64,000 bases of DNA from Bdellovibrionales bacterium. Its GTDB lineage: Bacteria; Bdellovibrionota; Bdellovibrionia; Bdellovibrionales; UBA1609. Positions 19,644-28,151 of the stretch are shown one piece after another (position 1 is the first letter of the stretch; every line of letters begins with the position of its first letter). The translations under genes were made by a program, and so were the position numbers. Where the stretch lies: assembly GCA_027317865.1 (NCBI GenBank), contig DAHVQG010000007.1:1-64000 (forward strand), in the 5' to 3' direction. A model generated the notes under the pieces. The model worked only from the letters and a program-made list of their open reading frames with translations. It had not been told where the DNA came from and did no database searches.

Positions 19644-19842
19644 GTCAGCGCGGCAAAAGCAAAGCATAGTGCGCCTAAAGCCCAGTTTTGTTGAGAATCA
19701 TAACACTGATCAATATTTTTACGAATTAAGCCTGCAGCCGTGTCGTTGAATGGTATTGGCGAGCATCCGATTTGCATAATTAGAAGAATGGGGAAAGTCT
19801 CGGGGATTCTCAAATTAATACATCTCAAAATGAGAGGCAAAA

Positions 19843-21618
19843 ATGAGACGAAATATTGCGCGTTTTGCTACCTTAGTTGGCATCTTTGCGTTGATCACAA
19901 TGTTCAACAATTGCAGCGGTTTTTCTGGAATAAACAGTAGCCCATCGTCGCAAGCCTCGAGTGCATCCACCTCGCCGAGCGGACCGAATAGTCCGAATGC
20001 GCCGAGCGGACCAAGCGGTTACGATTACCCCTCAACCGGGATTCAAATGAATAACATGCCGGGAATTTGGATGGCGTATCCGGGCGATGCCCGACCGATT
20101 CTTGATTGTCAAAATAAGGGGACGTGCATCGGCCTCAGCGGTAATGTTCAGTCCCCGGCACTATTTCAGGGGTTTGATATTACAAACACTTCTTTTAAAT
20201 TTTTTTGGTTGGATGGGGACAAAAGCCCGGTCACTTGGCGCAACAATATTATGCACGGAATAACCGTCACGAATCCGAACGACGCTTACGAAAACCCGGC
20301 CTTTATTTTTACGCAAGATTATACGGGTGGAACGACCCCCGTCTATCAACATCTCATTCTTCAAAACAATCAGGTTTATGACCTTAACAATTATAACCAC
20401 GACATCCACATTTCGCCGGCGACATTCTATGACGTGAGCCATTCGCTCGAAGAAGACAACGTGATCCACGACATTTACGACGGGACATGCATCGAAGACA
20501 AGGACGATGGTTGGTACAACACCTATCGTAATAATGTTTGTTACAATGTCGATGGCGGCAGCGGAATCGGTCTCTATAGTCAATATAGTCAGGGCCAAAT
20601 CGAAATTGAGAATAATTTATTAATTGGTAACCCAAATGGCCGCAACTTGATCGATGTCGGCTCTCAACCCGGCTATATTCGCAACATTTATATTCACAAC
20701 AATACATTGGTAAATGGCTTTATCGGGTTTGGTAACCCAATTTACAATCAAAGTGCCGGTACTTACGTTATCGCCCACAATCTATTTTACGATGACAGTA
20801 CAACGGCGCCGCTTGAGTTTTACGGTGTTAACGGTTCGTTTGATCCGTCGACAATCGGACAACCTTCCTGCGTCGGAACAGCAACTCAATGTCCGCCAAT
20901 TACAGCGTCGCAAGCCTATGTTTCGAGTTTATTGACGGGCAACGAAGCATTATTCAAAGACAACTGGTACTGGAGCCCCGATTCAACTCAAAAAATGATG
21001 ACGTGGTCGTGGCAGCAATACGGTTTAAACCTATCGCAGTGGCAAAATTTGGGATTCGACTCCGCCGGCGGCCTTTTCTTCACACAACAACCGTCCTTCT
21101 TAGCGACCGGAGCCTATTCGTCTTCAAACGATTATTCTTTGGCGCCCACTGATCCCAACTATAGTGTTTATGGTAAAGATTCTACGCCAAGCGCGAATAC
21201 GACTTCATATACGGGGTGGGCCCTGCAATTTATCGGAATTGACTTAACAACAGCTTATCCTGGTATCCAATACTACAGCCGGCTCGCGGTCGTCGGCGGA
21301 TTATATCCGTACACTTTTAAACTTTTGACCGCTCCGACAGGAATGCAAATTCAACCACGCACCGGTGAAATCACATGGACCCCAACTCAAGACAACACTA
21401 CGGCTAACGTCGACGTGCAAGTTACGGATAGCGCCGGTACCACGGCGACACATTCGTTCACAATTCAGGTCACGAAGAATAATTTCTATTTTATCGACGC
21501 AGTTAATGGGAGCGACTCAAATCCCGGCACTTTGCAAGCGCCATTTCGAACATTGCTCGGGGTGCAACAAAAAGGCTTACCTGCGACGGCAACACTCTAT
21601 TTTAGGGGCGGGCCGTAA
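19843..21618 (+). CDS. FNNC-type lipoprotein: right-handed beta-helix + Ig-like (cadherin/He_PIG-like) domain
   Basis: MFNNCSGF lipobox; Asn-ladder repeats (QNNQVYD, EDNVIHD, RNNVCYN, ENNLL, HNNTL); APTGMQI..TGEITWTP. Confidence 0.8.
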   Translation: MRRNIARFATLVGIFALITMFNNCSGFSGINSSPSSQASSASTSPSGPNSPNAPSGPSGYDYPSTGIQMNNMPGIWMAYPGDARPILDCQNKGTCIGLSGNVQSPALFQGFDITNTSFKFFWLDGDKSPVTWRNNIMHGITVTNPNDAYENPAFIFTQDYTGGTTPVYQHLILQNNQVYDLNNYNHDIHISPATFYDVSHSLEEDNVIHDIYDGTCIEDKDDGWYNTYRNNVCYNVDGGSGIGLYSQYSQGQIEIENNLLIGNPNGRNLIDVGSQPGYIRNIYIHNNTLVNGFIGFGNPIYNQSAGTYVIAHNLFYDDSTTAPLEFYGVNGSFDPSTIGQPSCVGTATQCPPITASQAYVSSLLTGNEALFKDNWYWSPDSTQKMMTWSWQQYGLNLSQWQNLGFDSAGGLFFTQQPSFLATGAYSSSNDYSLAPTDPNYSVYGKDSTPSANTTSYTGWALQFIGIDLTTAYPGIQYYSRLAVVGGLYPYTFKLLTAPTGMQIQPRTGEITWTPTQDNTTANVDVQVTDSAGTTATHSFTIQVTKNNFYFIDAVNGSDSNPGTLQAPFRTLLGVQQKGLPATATLYFRGGP

Positions 21619-21767
21619 CGGCACTAGAATGCGGGTGTGATCTTTACGCAACAATAACCTAAGGATCTGCCTTATTTTTGAAATTAGATGATTTGCAGCT
21701 AGACAAATTGAAATTTATTGCGGGATGATCTCGACTAAGGACGCACACGAAGTGCAAGGGAGGGGTC

Positions 21768-22811
21768 ATGCGCAACGTGAAAGTAGGGGTCTATCAACTT
21801 GCAGTCATATTCATCGCAAGTTTTAGCATTATAGGAATTTCGAATAACAGTTGGGCTTGGGGCAATATGGGCCACGAAGCCATCGCAAAGATCGCTGAAG
21901 AGAACATGACTCCAGCGGCCCTTGCGCAAGTTCACGCGATACTCGGTAATATGACAATGGAGCAAGCCGCCGAGTGGCCAGATCAGATCAAGCACCAATC
22001 GGGATGGCGGCACACGGCTCCGTACCATTTTGCCAATATTAAACTCGGGCAATCGTATTTCTCGCAATATAGCCGGCCTGGTTTTTTGCAACGAGGGGAC
22101 GTCATTCGGGCGTTAGTGAAGTCCGAAGATATTTTGCGAAATAGCTCAGCAACCGCGATTCAGAAAAAATATGCGCTCTGCTTTTTAGAACATTTCGAGG
22201 GTGATTTGCAGCAACCTCTCCACGAAGCAAACCGAGAGCGAGGCGGCAATGAAATTAAAATTACATTCTTCGGCCGCAATACCAATCTTCATGCCATTTG
22301 GGATTTCGGTATGTTCAACGAAGCGGTTTGGGGGCAACCGCGATCGCCTAATGGTTACCAAAACATTGGTCCTCAAGACATAGATCGATTTGTCAGCGTG
22401 TTACCGACGCCTACGGCCGCGCAAATCGCAAACTGGCAAAATTCGTATATCATGGATTGGTCAAGAGACGCCCGTTCAAAAGTGGCGTCGATCTATCAAG
22501 ACTGGAACGGCGATAGCCAGGCTTACTATAGCGAATATGTTCCATATGCTGAAAATGCGATTGTAAAAGCTGGTTATCGGCTGGCTGCGTATCTCGATGC
22601 GGTTATGACCAATCAGCCCTTTCAAGCGCAAAAGGCGCAAGCTTTGCGCCAAGAAATCTTGGCTCACATGGGCGGCACCGATCAATATCCAATCCTTCTC
22701 GGACCATCAAATGGCGCATCGGTTGGCAATGGCGGCTCACACCGTTGGGGCCATGGCGGCTCACACCGTTGGAATAACAACGGATGGGGTGATACGGCCG
22801 TTGGGATGTAA
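21768..22811 (+). CDS. secreted S1/P1 nuclease
   Basis: mature N-terminus WGNMGH, WPDQIK, HF.N, HFEGDLQQPLH, GGN, NLHAIWD. Confidence 0.9.
   Translation: MRNVKVGVYQLAVIFIASFSIIGISNNSWAWGNMGHEAIAKIAEENMTPAALAQVHAILGNMTMEQAAEWPDQIKHQSGWRHTAPYHFANIKLGQSYFSQYSRPGFLQRGDVIRALVKSEDILRNSSATAIQKKYALCFLEHFEGDLQQPLHEANRERGGNEIKITFFGRNTNLHAIWDFGMFNEAVWGQPRSPNGYQNIGPQDIDRFVSVLPTPTAAQIANWQNSYIMDWSRDARSKVASIYQDWNGDSQAYYSEYVPYAENAIVKAGYRLAAYLDAVMTNQPFQAQKAQALRQEILAHMGGTDQYPILLGPSNGASVGNGGSHRWGHGGSHRWNNNGWGDTAVGM
22729..22772 (+). repeat. 20-nt direct repeat (period 24) encoding GGSHRW twice
   Basis: ATGGCGGCTCACACCGTTGG at 22729 and 22753. Confidence 0.9.
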
Positions 22812-22826
22812 ACTAGAATTGCCTAG

Positions 22827-22853
22827 TTGAGCCGCGTGAAAATCGCGGCTCAA
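22827..22853. terminator. bidirectional hairpin between convergent genes
   Basis: TTGAGCCGCG-N7-CGCGGCTCAA perfect 10-bp stem. Confidence 0.7.
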
Positions 22854-22861
22854 AGACATTG

Positions 22862-24226
22862 TCACTGCACTTTAAAGGCATACACGATAGGCCCGCTAAA
22901 ATAACCTCCGCCTGGGTCGGCGCCTTTTTCTGAAAGATAAATTGTTTGTGTCGAGGGGTCGTAAGCGGCACCTCCGACATCGTGGCCAAGAGTTGTAATG
23001 GGTAAATTGAGATCCCATGTTGCGTAAGGTGTCACGTCCCACATATTTTTCTGACCTTGTTTTACCGCTAACAAATCGTCAGCGTCGTAGGCCCATACAT
23101 ACTCGGTGTACGGATACGCGTGACAACCTTTTGCTGAATGGGCTGGGTCATAGCAATATGGTTCACTGGTTGTACCGGGCACAATTGTACCGGCTAAACT
23201 TAAATTGGAGGTACCAACTCCGTAGCAAGGTTTACCTAGGCCAGTGGTGCCAAAAAACAATACCGTGCGAGTTCCTTTCACAAAAACAATTCCGTTCACT
23301 GAAGTGGCCATATTGAATGGCGGGTTTGGTGTTTTACCACCCCATGCCCCAAGCGTGGGGTGACTTGCGGGATATCCCACAACCGGAGTGGCCGGAGTCA
23401 CGCCACCACTTACAAAATGACCAGGGTCGAAAACCGATGCCGCAGGCCCTTCAGAACTTCGACTTATAATTGAAATTCCACCGAGCCCCGTAAGCACCGG
23501 ACCTCCTAACAGTGGCTGCCACTCTGTGGGGATATTTGTCATATAACCGGCAACAAAACCGGGATTAAGTGTTCCGACTTGATACATTCCGTGAAAATTT
23601 GCTGCGGTCTGCGACAGATTGGTTGAATTAGTAAAATGCGAGAGCACGGCCTGGCTACCGGCATCGTAGTAAACATAGTCGCTGCCGATTAATTGGCTAC
23701 CAAAGACAAGAAGCCCGCCGATTACTCCATGACTGTCAGTGATGGCCGAGCCTCCAGCAGCAACGTTATTAATATGTGCATCTGTCGGATCCGCAAAATT
23801 TTGCAGCATTTTTGCTGTCGGCAGAGCCGTCAAGCTTGTACTGTTCACTGGTGTAGGGATCGATATTTCGCCGACAAGTTGGTAGTAGGGGTGGCCAACC
23901 ATAAAAATCCCGTTTTGAACTGGATCATATGTAATTGCCGTGCCACCGTAAGAAAACCCGTCACCGTTAGGGTCGCCATTTGCTCCTTGCGGGACACGAA
24001 ATCCGCCTTCTAGCACAAGATCGGATGGCTGCAGAAGCCGTTCAGTCGTGGGACTGCCATTATAAACTGTACCCGTTCCTGTACTTGCACTCGATGCGTT
24101 GCCACTCAAGCTAGCGGCATTAAACCCGCCTGAGCAGTTTTGAAACGAAATCATCAGAATTGTCGAGGCTGCTAACAGCGCTAAATATTTAGACAGTTTG
24201 CTGATGTTTAAATTTCGATTAAACAT
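22862..24226 (-). CDS. FQNC-type lipoprotein of unknown function (likely beta-propeller-like)
   Basis: SFQNCSGGF lipobox, S/T/G linker, GTAITYDP ... GGAAYDP motifs; ATG 24226 after GAGGGGG. Confidence 0.75.
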   Translation of the reverse strand: MFNRNLNISKLSKYLALLAASTILMISFQNCSGGFNAASLSGNASSASTGTGTVYNGSPTTERLLQPSDLVLEGGFRVPQGANGDPNGDGFSYGGTAITYDPVQNGIFMVGHPYYQLVGEISIPTPVNSTSLTALPTAKMLQNFADPTDAHINNVAAGGSAITDSHGVIGGLLVFGSQLIGSDYVYYDAGSQAVLSHFTNSTNLSQTAANFHGMYQVGTLNPGFVAGYMTNIPTEWQPLLGGPVLTGLGGISIISRSSEGPAASVFDPGHFVSGGVTPATPVVGYPASHPTLGAWGGKTPNPPFNMATSVNGIVFVKGTRTVLFFGTTGLGKPCYGVGTSNLSLAGTIVPGTTSEPYCYDPAHSAKGCHAYPYTEYVWAYDADDLLAVKQGQKNMWDVTPYATWDLNLPITTLGHDVGGAAYDPSTQTIYLSEKGADPGGGYFSGPIVYAFKVQ

Positions 24227-24252
24227 GTTACGCCCCCTCAACTCTTACTAAA

Positions 24253-24269
24253 AGCAACAGCAATGCCAA
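24253..24269 (-). promoter_or_regulatory. putative sigma54 promoter
   Basis: minus strand TTGGCAT-TGCTG-TTGCT, GG-N10-GC. Confidence 0.55.
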
Positions 24270-24346
24270 TATGCGACTCAAATCAGTACAGTTCATTTTT
24301 TTCTGTTCGATGTAAATTCGTAGAACAAATGACTGCGAGCGCTTAA

Positions 24347-25873
24347 CTAAAACTTGAGTCCATAATAGTCCGATGTTCCTTGTGAACTGCCAGTACATTC
24401 AGCAGACAGTCCGCTACACGATGGCAAATATCCCGTAGTGTTACCATCCACAAATACGTCGTAGGCGGCGGTAATCACGACGCGATTGCCGGATGTGCTC
24501 GAACCGGTCTCGCCGAGTTGATCAGTTGAAACCCAAGTGCCATTTGTTGTGTATTTAGACATGTACATATCGGACGTGCCTTGCGAACTGCCGGTACAAG
24601 ATGCTGAAACTCCATTGCACGAAGGTAGATAGCCGGACGTGCTACCGGTTATATAAACGTTCGACAATCCATCGATTGCGATGTCAGCCGCGCCTGTACT
24701 GACCCCGCTTTCGCCAAGTTGAGTTGTCCAATCCCAGGCGCCAGTTGTCGAATATTTTGTTATAAAGAGATCACTGGTCCCCTGAGAACTTCCGGTACAA
24801 GACGCCGAAACTCCGTTGCAAGAGACAAGATTGCCTGTGGTGTTTCCGTCGACGTAGACATTGCCCGACGAGTCCGTTGCGATTTTATAAGCATCAGCCG
24901 TTTTACCTGTTTCGCCAAGTTGAGTTGTCCAATCCCAGGCGCCAGAGCTCGAATATTTAGTGACGAAGTAATCCCACGACCCTTGCGCACTGCCTGAACA
25001 ACTGCCGGGCACTCCACCGCAAGAAGGCATATTACCAGTGGTCGTACCGACAACGTAAACGTTTGATGATGAATCGACCGCCACTCCGTATGCGCCAGTT
25101 GTTTTTGATGCTTCACCCAATTGGTCTGTCCAAACCCAAGTACCTGCGCTTGTGTACTTCGAAACGAAGTAATCGTAGCTCCCTGTGGAGCTGCCCGAAC
25201 ATGAACTCGAAACGCCGCCGCAAGAAGGCAAATTGCCTTGCGTTTGACCGGTGACATAAACGTTCGCAGAAGAATCTATGGACATCGCGTAACCGCCGGT
25301 CACCTTGCCCGTTTCGCCGAGTTGTTTTGTCCAAAGCCATGTGCCAGTGCTTGAATACTTCGAAATAAAATAATCCTCGCTCCCTTGGGCGGTACCCGTG
25401 CAATCAGCAGAAACGCCATTGCATGAAACGAGATTGCCTCCGGTGTAGCCGTCAACATAAACATTGCCCGAAGAGTCGACCTCAACCCCTTTGGCGCCCG
25501 TGTTATAACCGGTTTCACCAAGTTGGCGTGTCCAAATCCAAGTGCCGTTTTGTGCGTATTTTGAAACGAAATAGTCGGTGGTCCCTTGTGAACTTCCGGT
25601 ACAATTGGCGGAGATACCATTGCAACTAACGAGGTCACCGTTTGTCCAACCGGCGACATAAATGTAATTTGCATCTGCGGCGATCGCCTGCACATTGGCG
25701 TTTGCTCCAGTTTCGCCGAGTTGTATGGGCAAACTCCATTGTTTGGTGGAATTCTGACTGACTTGCACCCAGACTTTGCCGCAGCCACTAAGCCCAAGCG
25801 CTAAAAATACCATAACCAAACTGAGCAATAGCCTGCCACTTTTGGATAGGGCACAAATACAACGACGGTCCAT
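24347..25873 (-). CDS. SBBP-repeat seven-bladed beta-propeller lipoprotein
   Basis: lipobox LSGC; seven ~67-aa repeats W..QLGE.G...VDSSGNVYV.G.T.G...DYFVSKY. Confidence 0.88.
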   Translation of the reverse strand: MDRRCICALSKSGRLLLSLVMVFLALGLSGCGKVWVQVSQNSTKQWSLPIQLGETGANANVQAIAADANYIYVAGWTNGDLVSCNGISANCTGSSQGTTDYFVSKYAQNGTWIWTRQLGETGYNTGAKGVEVDSSGNVYVDGYTGGNLVSCNGVSADCTGTAQGSEDYFISKYSSTGTWLWTKQLGETGKVTGGYAMSIDSSANVYVTGQTQGNLPSCGGVSSSCSGSSTGSYDYFVSKYTSAGTWVWTDQLGEASKTTGAYGVAVDSSSNVYVVGTTTGNMPSCGGVPGSCSGSAQGSWDYFVTKYSSSGAWDWTTQLGETGKTADAYKIATDSSGNVYVDGNTTGNLVSCNGVSASCTGSSQGTSDLFITKYSTTGAWDWTTQLGESGVSTGAADIAIDGLSNVYITGSTSGYLPSCNGVSASCTGSSQGTSDMYMSKYTTNGTWVSTDQLGETGSSTSGNRVVITAAYDVFVDGNTTGYLPSCSGLSAECTGSSQGTSDYYGLKF

Positions 25874-25881
25874 CGATCATT

Positions 25882-25908
25882 TTATCGGCACACGATTGTC
25901 GAGGCTTA
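25882..25908 (-). promoter_or_regulatory. putative sigma28-type promoter
   Basis: TAAG-N15-GCCGATAA (perfect -10), 8 nt before ATG 25873. Confidence 0.6.
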
Positions 25909-26060
25909 AGACTAGGTGTATTTAAGAGCTCAGAATCTGTTCTATGGTTTTTGATAGAACAACAAACATAATGGTGATGCTGGTTTTATAATTTTATAGC
26001 TCCGCACCAATTTAATATGAACTGCTAGCGCCAACTGTAAAATTATGACACAGTAATTTT

Positions 26061-27179
26061 ATGCTACGGCACCGGATTCTGTTTTTATTCACCGTTGTTT
26101 TCTTCTCCAGTCTAGCAATTGCGGGAGCTAAACCTTCTGTACAACATAAAATAAAAGTGGAGTGGTATACCCCGGTCATAATGCAATCACTTGCCAATAA
26201 TCGCGCCCGAGTACTTATTCGTGGCAAAACCACACCGGGCAATCGTGCTTCGATTGGCGCAAATGCCTACAGTTTTAAATCGCAAACGAATTTTTCAACG
26301 TTGGCGCCTCAGTACCTGAACGTCACGCCGTCAAGAGCGATCGCTGATAAAAACGGAAATTTTCAAATCAATATGACACTCCCTTATTCGGCGGTGCAGA
26401 TCCCCGTTGTTGTGACGGATAGCAATGGCCAGAGCCAAACAATTATTCTTCTACTACACGTCGAAAGAAATCGAATCCAAGTTAACGTCAAGACAATGGC
26501 CTGGAATTTATGGAGGGTTATAGTCGGTCCGACGTTTAAATTTTATAACATGAATGAATCAAATTCGCTGGTGTCATCGAAAGTTTCGTCGACGTTACTC
26601 GGGTCAACTGTGGCCGGTGAATATAATTTCCACCGAAATTATTTGGCCGCGTTTTCATTAACCTCCATGCAGGGCGTAGGCTCATTGCCGACAACTGGTG
26701 ATTTTACGTTCAGTGATTTTGAAGTTGCACTTGGTGTCAGCCGCAGGTTTAAAACAAAATGGTTTAAAAAATTACGCAAATCGGTGGAGCTAAGTTATAC
26801 CAATGCGAGCAGTCCCTTTCTTGTTCGGAATTCCTCAAGCGCTTATGTTTTTTATACCGCTGCACTTAATAAATTGGCGGTTACGTTCACGGGGGCGTTC
26901 GGCAGCGGCGATTACTTTAACTCCGCCGTGAGTTTTGGGCTTTTATACGGGCTTTTAAATTCTTCTAAGTTTACTTCTAATCCCGGTGAATTAGGGGCAA
27001 TTTTAAATTATCGAATAGTTCACGATCTCGACTCACAGTTTTACATTTTGGGCGACCTGGGTGCTGAATACGACATGTATTCATTTTCGAGTTTTGACCC
27101 GCCGAGCAGCTCTACGTTGACGAATTCCATGAATCAACTTGTGGGCACGGCCAATGTGGCCATCGCGTGTAAGTTTTAA
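26061..27179 (+). CDS. putative outer-membrane beta-barrel protein with N-terminal Ig-like domain
   Basis: signal peptide; IRGKTTPG..ADKNGNFQINM Ig-like segment; amphipathic strands; terminal Phe. Confidence 0.6.
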   Translation: MLRHRILFLFTVVFFSSLAIAGAKPSVQHKIKVEWYTPVIMQSLANNRARVLIRGKTTPGNRASIGANAYSFKSQTNFSTLAPQYLNVTPSRAIADKNGNFQINMTLPYSAVQIPVVVTDSNGQSQTIILLLHVERNRIQVNVKTMAWNLWRVIVGPTFKFYNMNESNSLVSSKVSSTLLGSTVAGEYNFHRNYLAAFSLTSMQGVGSLPTTGDFTFSDFEVALGVSRRFKTKWFKKLRKSVELSYTNASSPFLVRNSSSAYVFYTAALNKLAVTFTGAFGSGDYFNSAVSFGLLYGLLNSSKFTSNPGELGAILNYRIVHDLDSQFYILGDLGAEYDMYSFSSFDPPSSSTLTNSMNQLVGTANVAIACKF

Positions 27180-27222
27180 TTACGGCGCAAAAGAACTGGC
27201 ATTTTTTACAAAAATTCGCACG

Positions 27223-27249
27223 GATAATTCACTTAAAAAGTGAATTATC
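27223..27249. promoter_or_regulatory. perfect 12-bp inverted repeat (operator or terminator)
   Basis: GATAATTCACTT-AAA-AAGTGAATTATC upstream of TIGR02147-like gene. Confidence 0.5.
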
Positions 27250-27355
27250 TCGCAGTTCATTGTTCCGCAAATTTTTGTAGAACAGTTGAAGCGGGGAGAA
27301 GAAACAAATCAAATGACAAACCGCTTTCAAAACTATAGCAACTCCAAATAGAAAT

Positions 27356-28120
27356 ATGCCGATAACCGAAAACGCCGAAAAATCATTAAGTTCGATTCTC
27401 TTGTTAGAGCTTGAACGAAGACGCGAGAAAAACCCGCGCTATTCGCTTCGGTCATTTGCGCGAGATTTACAACTGAGCGCCTCGGTTTTGTCGGATGCAA
27501 TCAACAATAAGCGCCAACTATCACGCGATAACCTTGGGCGGGTAGCCGCTCGTCTGAGCATGCCGTTTTTAATGTCTGCACCAGCTCTAACTTCGCGGGG
27601 TGCATATCACAAACTTTCAACTGTGGATGAGCAAACGATGGCGTCGAGTTGGTACCACTACGCGCTGTTCGGCTTGGCTCAATTAAAGTCGAATAATGCG
27701 TCGCCGGAGTGGATTTCGCGGCGGCTTCGAATAACGTCTGTACAGGCGAAGCGTGCGCTTCACTGTTTGCAGCGGCTTAAGCTCATCGAAGTTCGCGCTA
27801 ATCGAATGATTCCACTCAAGCAAAATTTTGAATCGTCTACTGATATTCCGTCGCAAGCGCTTCGTAAATTTCACCTGCAAAATTTGAAACGAGCAATGGA
27901 ATCGCTTGAACAAGTCGCCATCAGCGATCGCGACATTACTTCGATGACGCTCGCGTTTGCTGAAAAAGATATGCGCATTGCAAAAGACTATATTAGAAAA
28001 TTTCGGCGCCGGTTTACTAAGAGATTTGAAACCACGAACGGTACCGACGTGTACACTCTAGCCGTTCAGTTGTTTCCGCAGACTTTACGTCCGGATTGCC
28101 GCAAATTGGACGAGGTCTGA
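27356..28120 (+). CDS. TIGR02147/DUF4423-like XRE-HTH regulator
   Basis: RRREKNPRYSLRSFARDLQLS, SWYHYAL, DIPSQALRKFHLQ, RDITSMT, VYTLAVQLFP. Confidence 0.88.
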   Translation: MPITENAEKSLSSILLLELERRREKNPRYSLRSFARDLQLSASVLSDAINNKRQLSRDNLGRVAARLSMPFLMSAPALTSRGAYHKLSTVDEQTMASSWYHYALFGLAQLKSNNASPEWISRRLRITSVQAKRALHCLQRLKLIEVRANRMIPLKQNFESSTDIPSQALRKFHLQNLKRAMESLEQVAISDRDITSMTLAFAEKDMRIAKDYIRKFRRRFTKRFETTNGTDVYTLAVQLFPQTLRPDCRKLDEV

Positions 28121-28151
28121 TTTCGAATAACGACCGGTTTTGGGGGTAGAA

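Noticed and set aside
22190-22225. Inactive S1/P1 nuclease (DLQQPLH instead of DxHQPLH)
   Set aside because: That position varies among active family members; the expected Zn ligands (W1, H6, D, H, D, H, H, D) appear present.
24347-25745. CRISPR-like regularly spaced DNA repeats
   Set aside because: The repeats are in-frame, degenerate propeller blades with a ~201-nt period; no cas genes.
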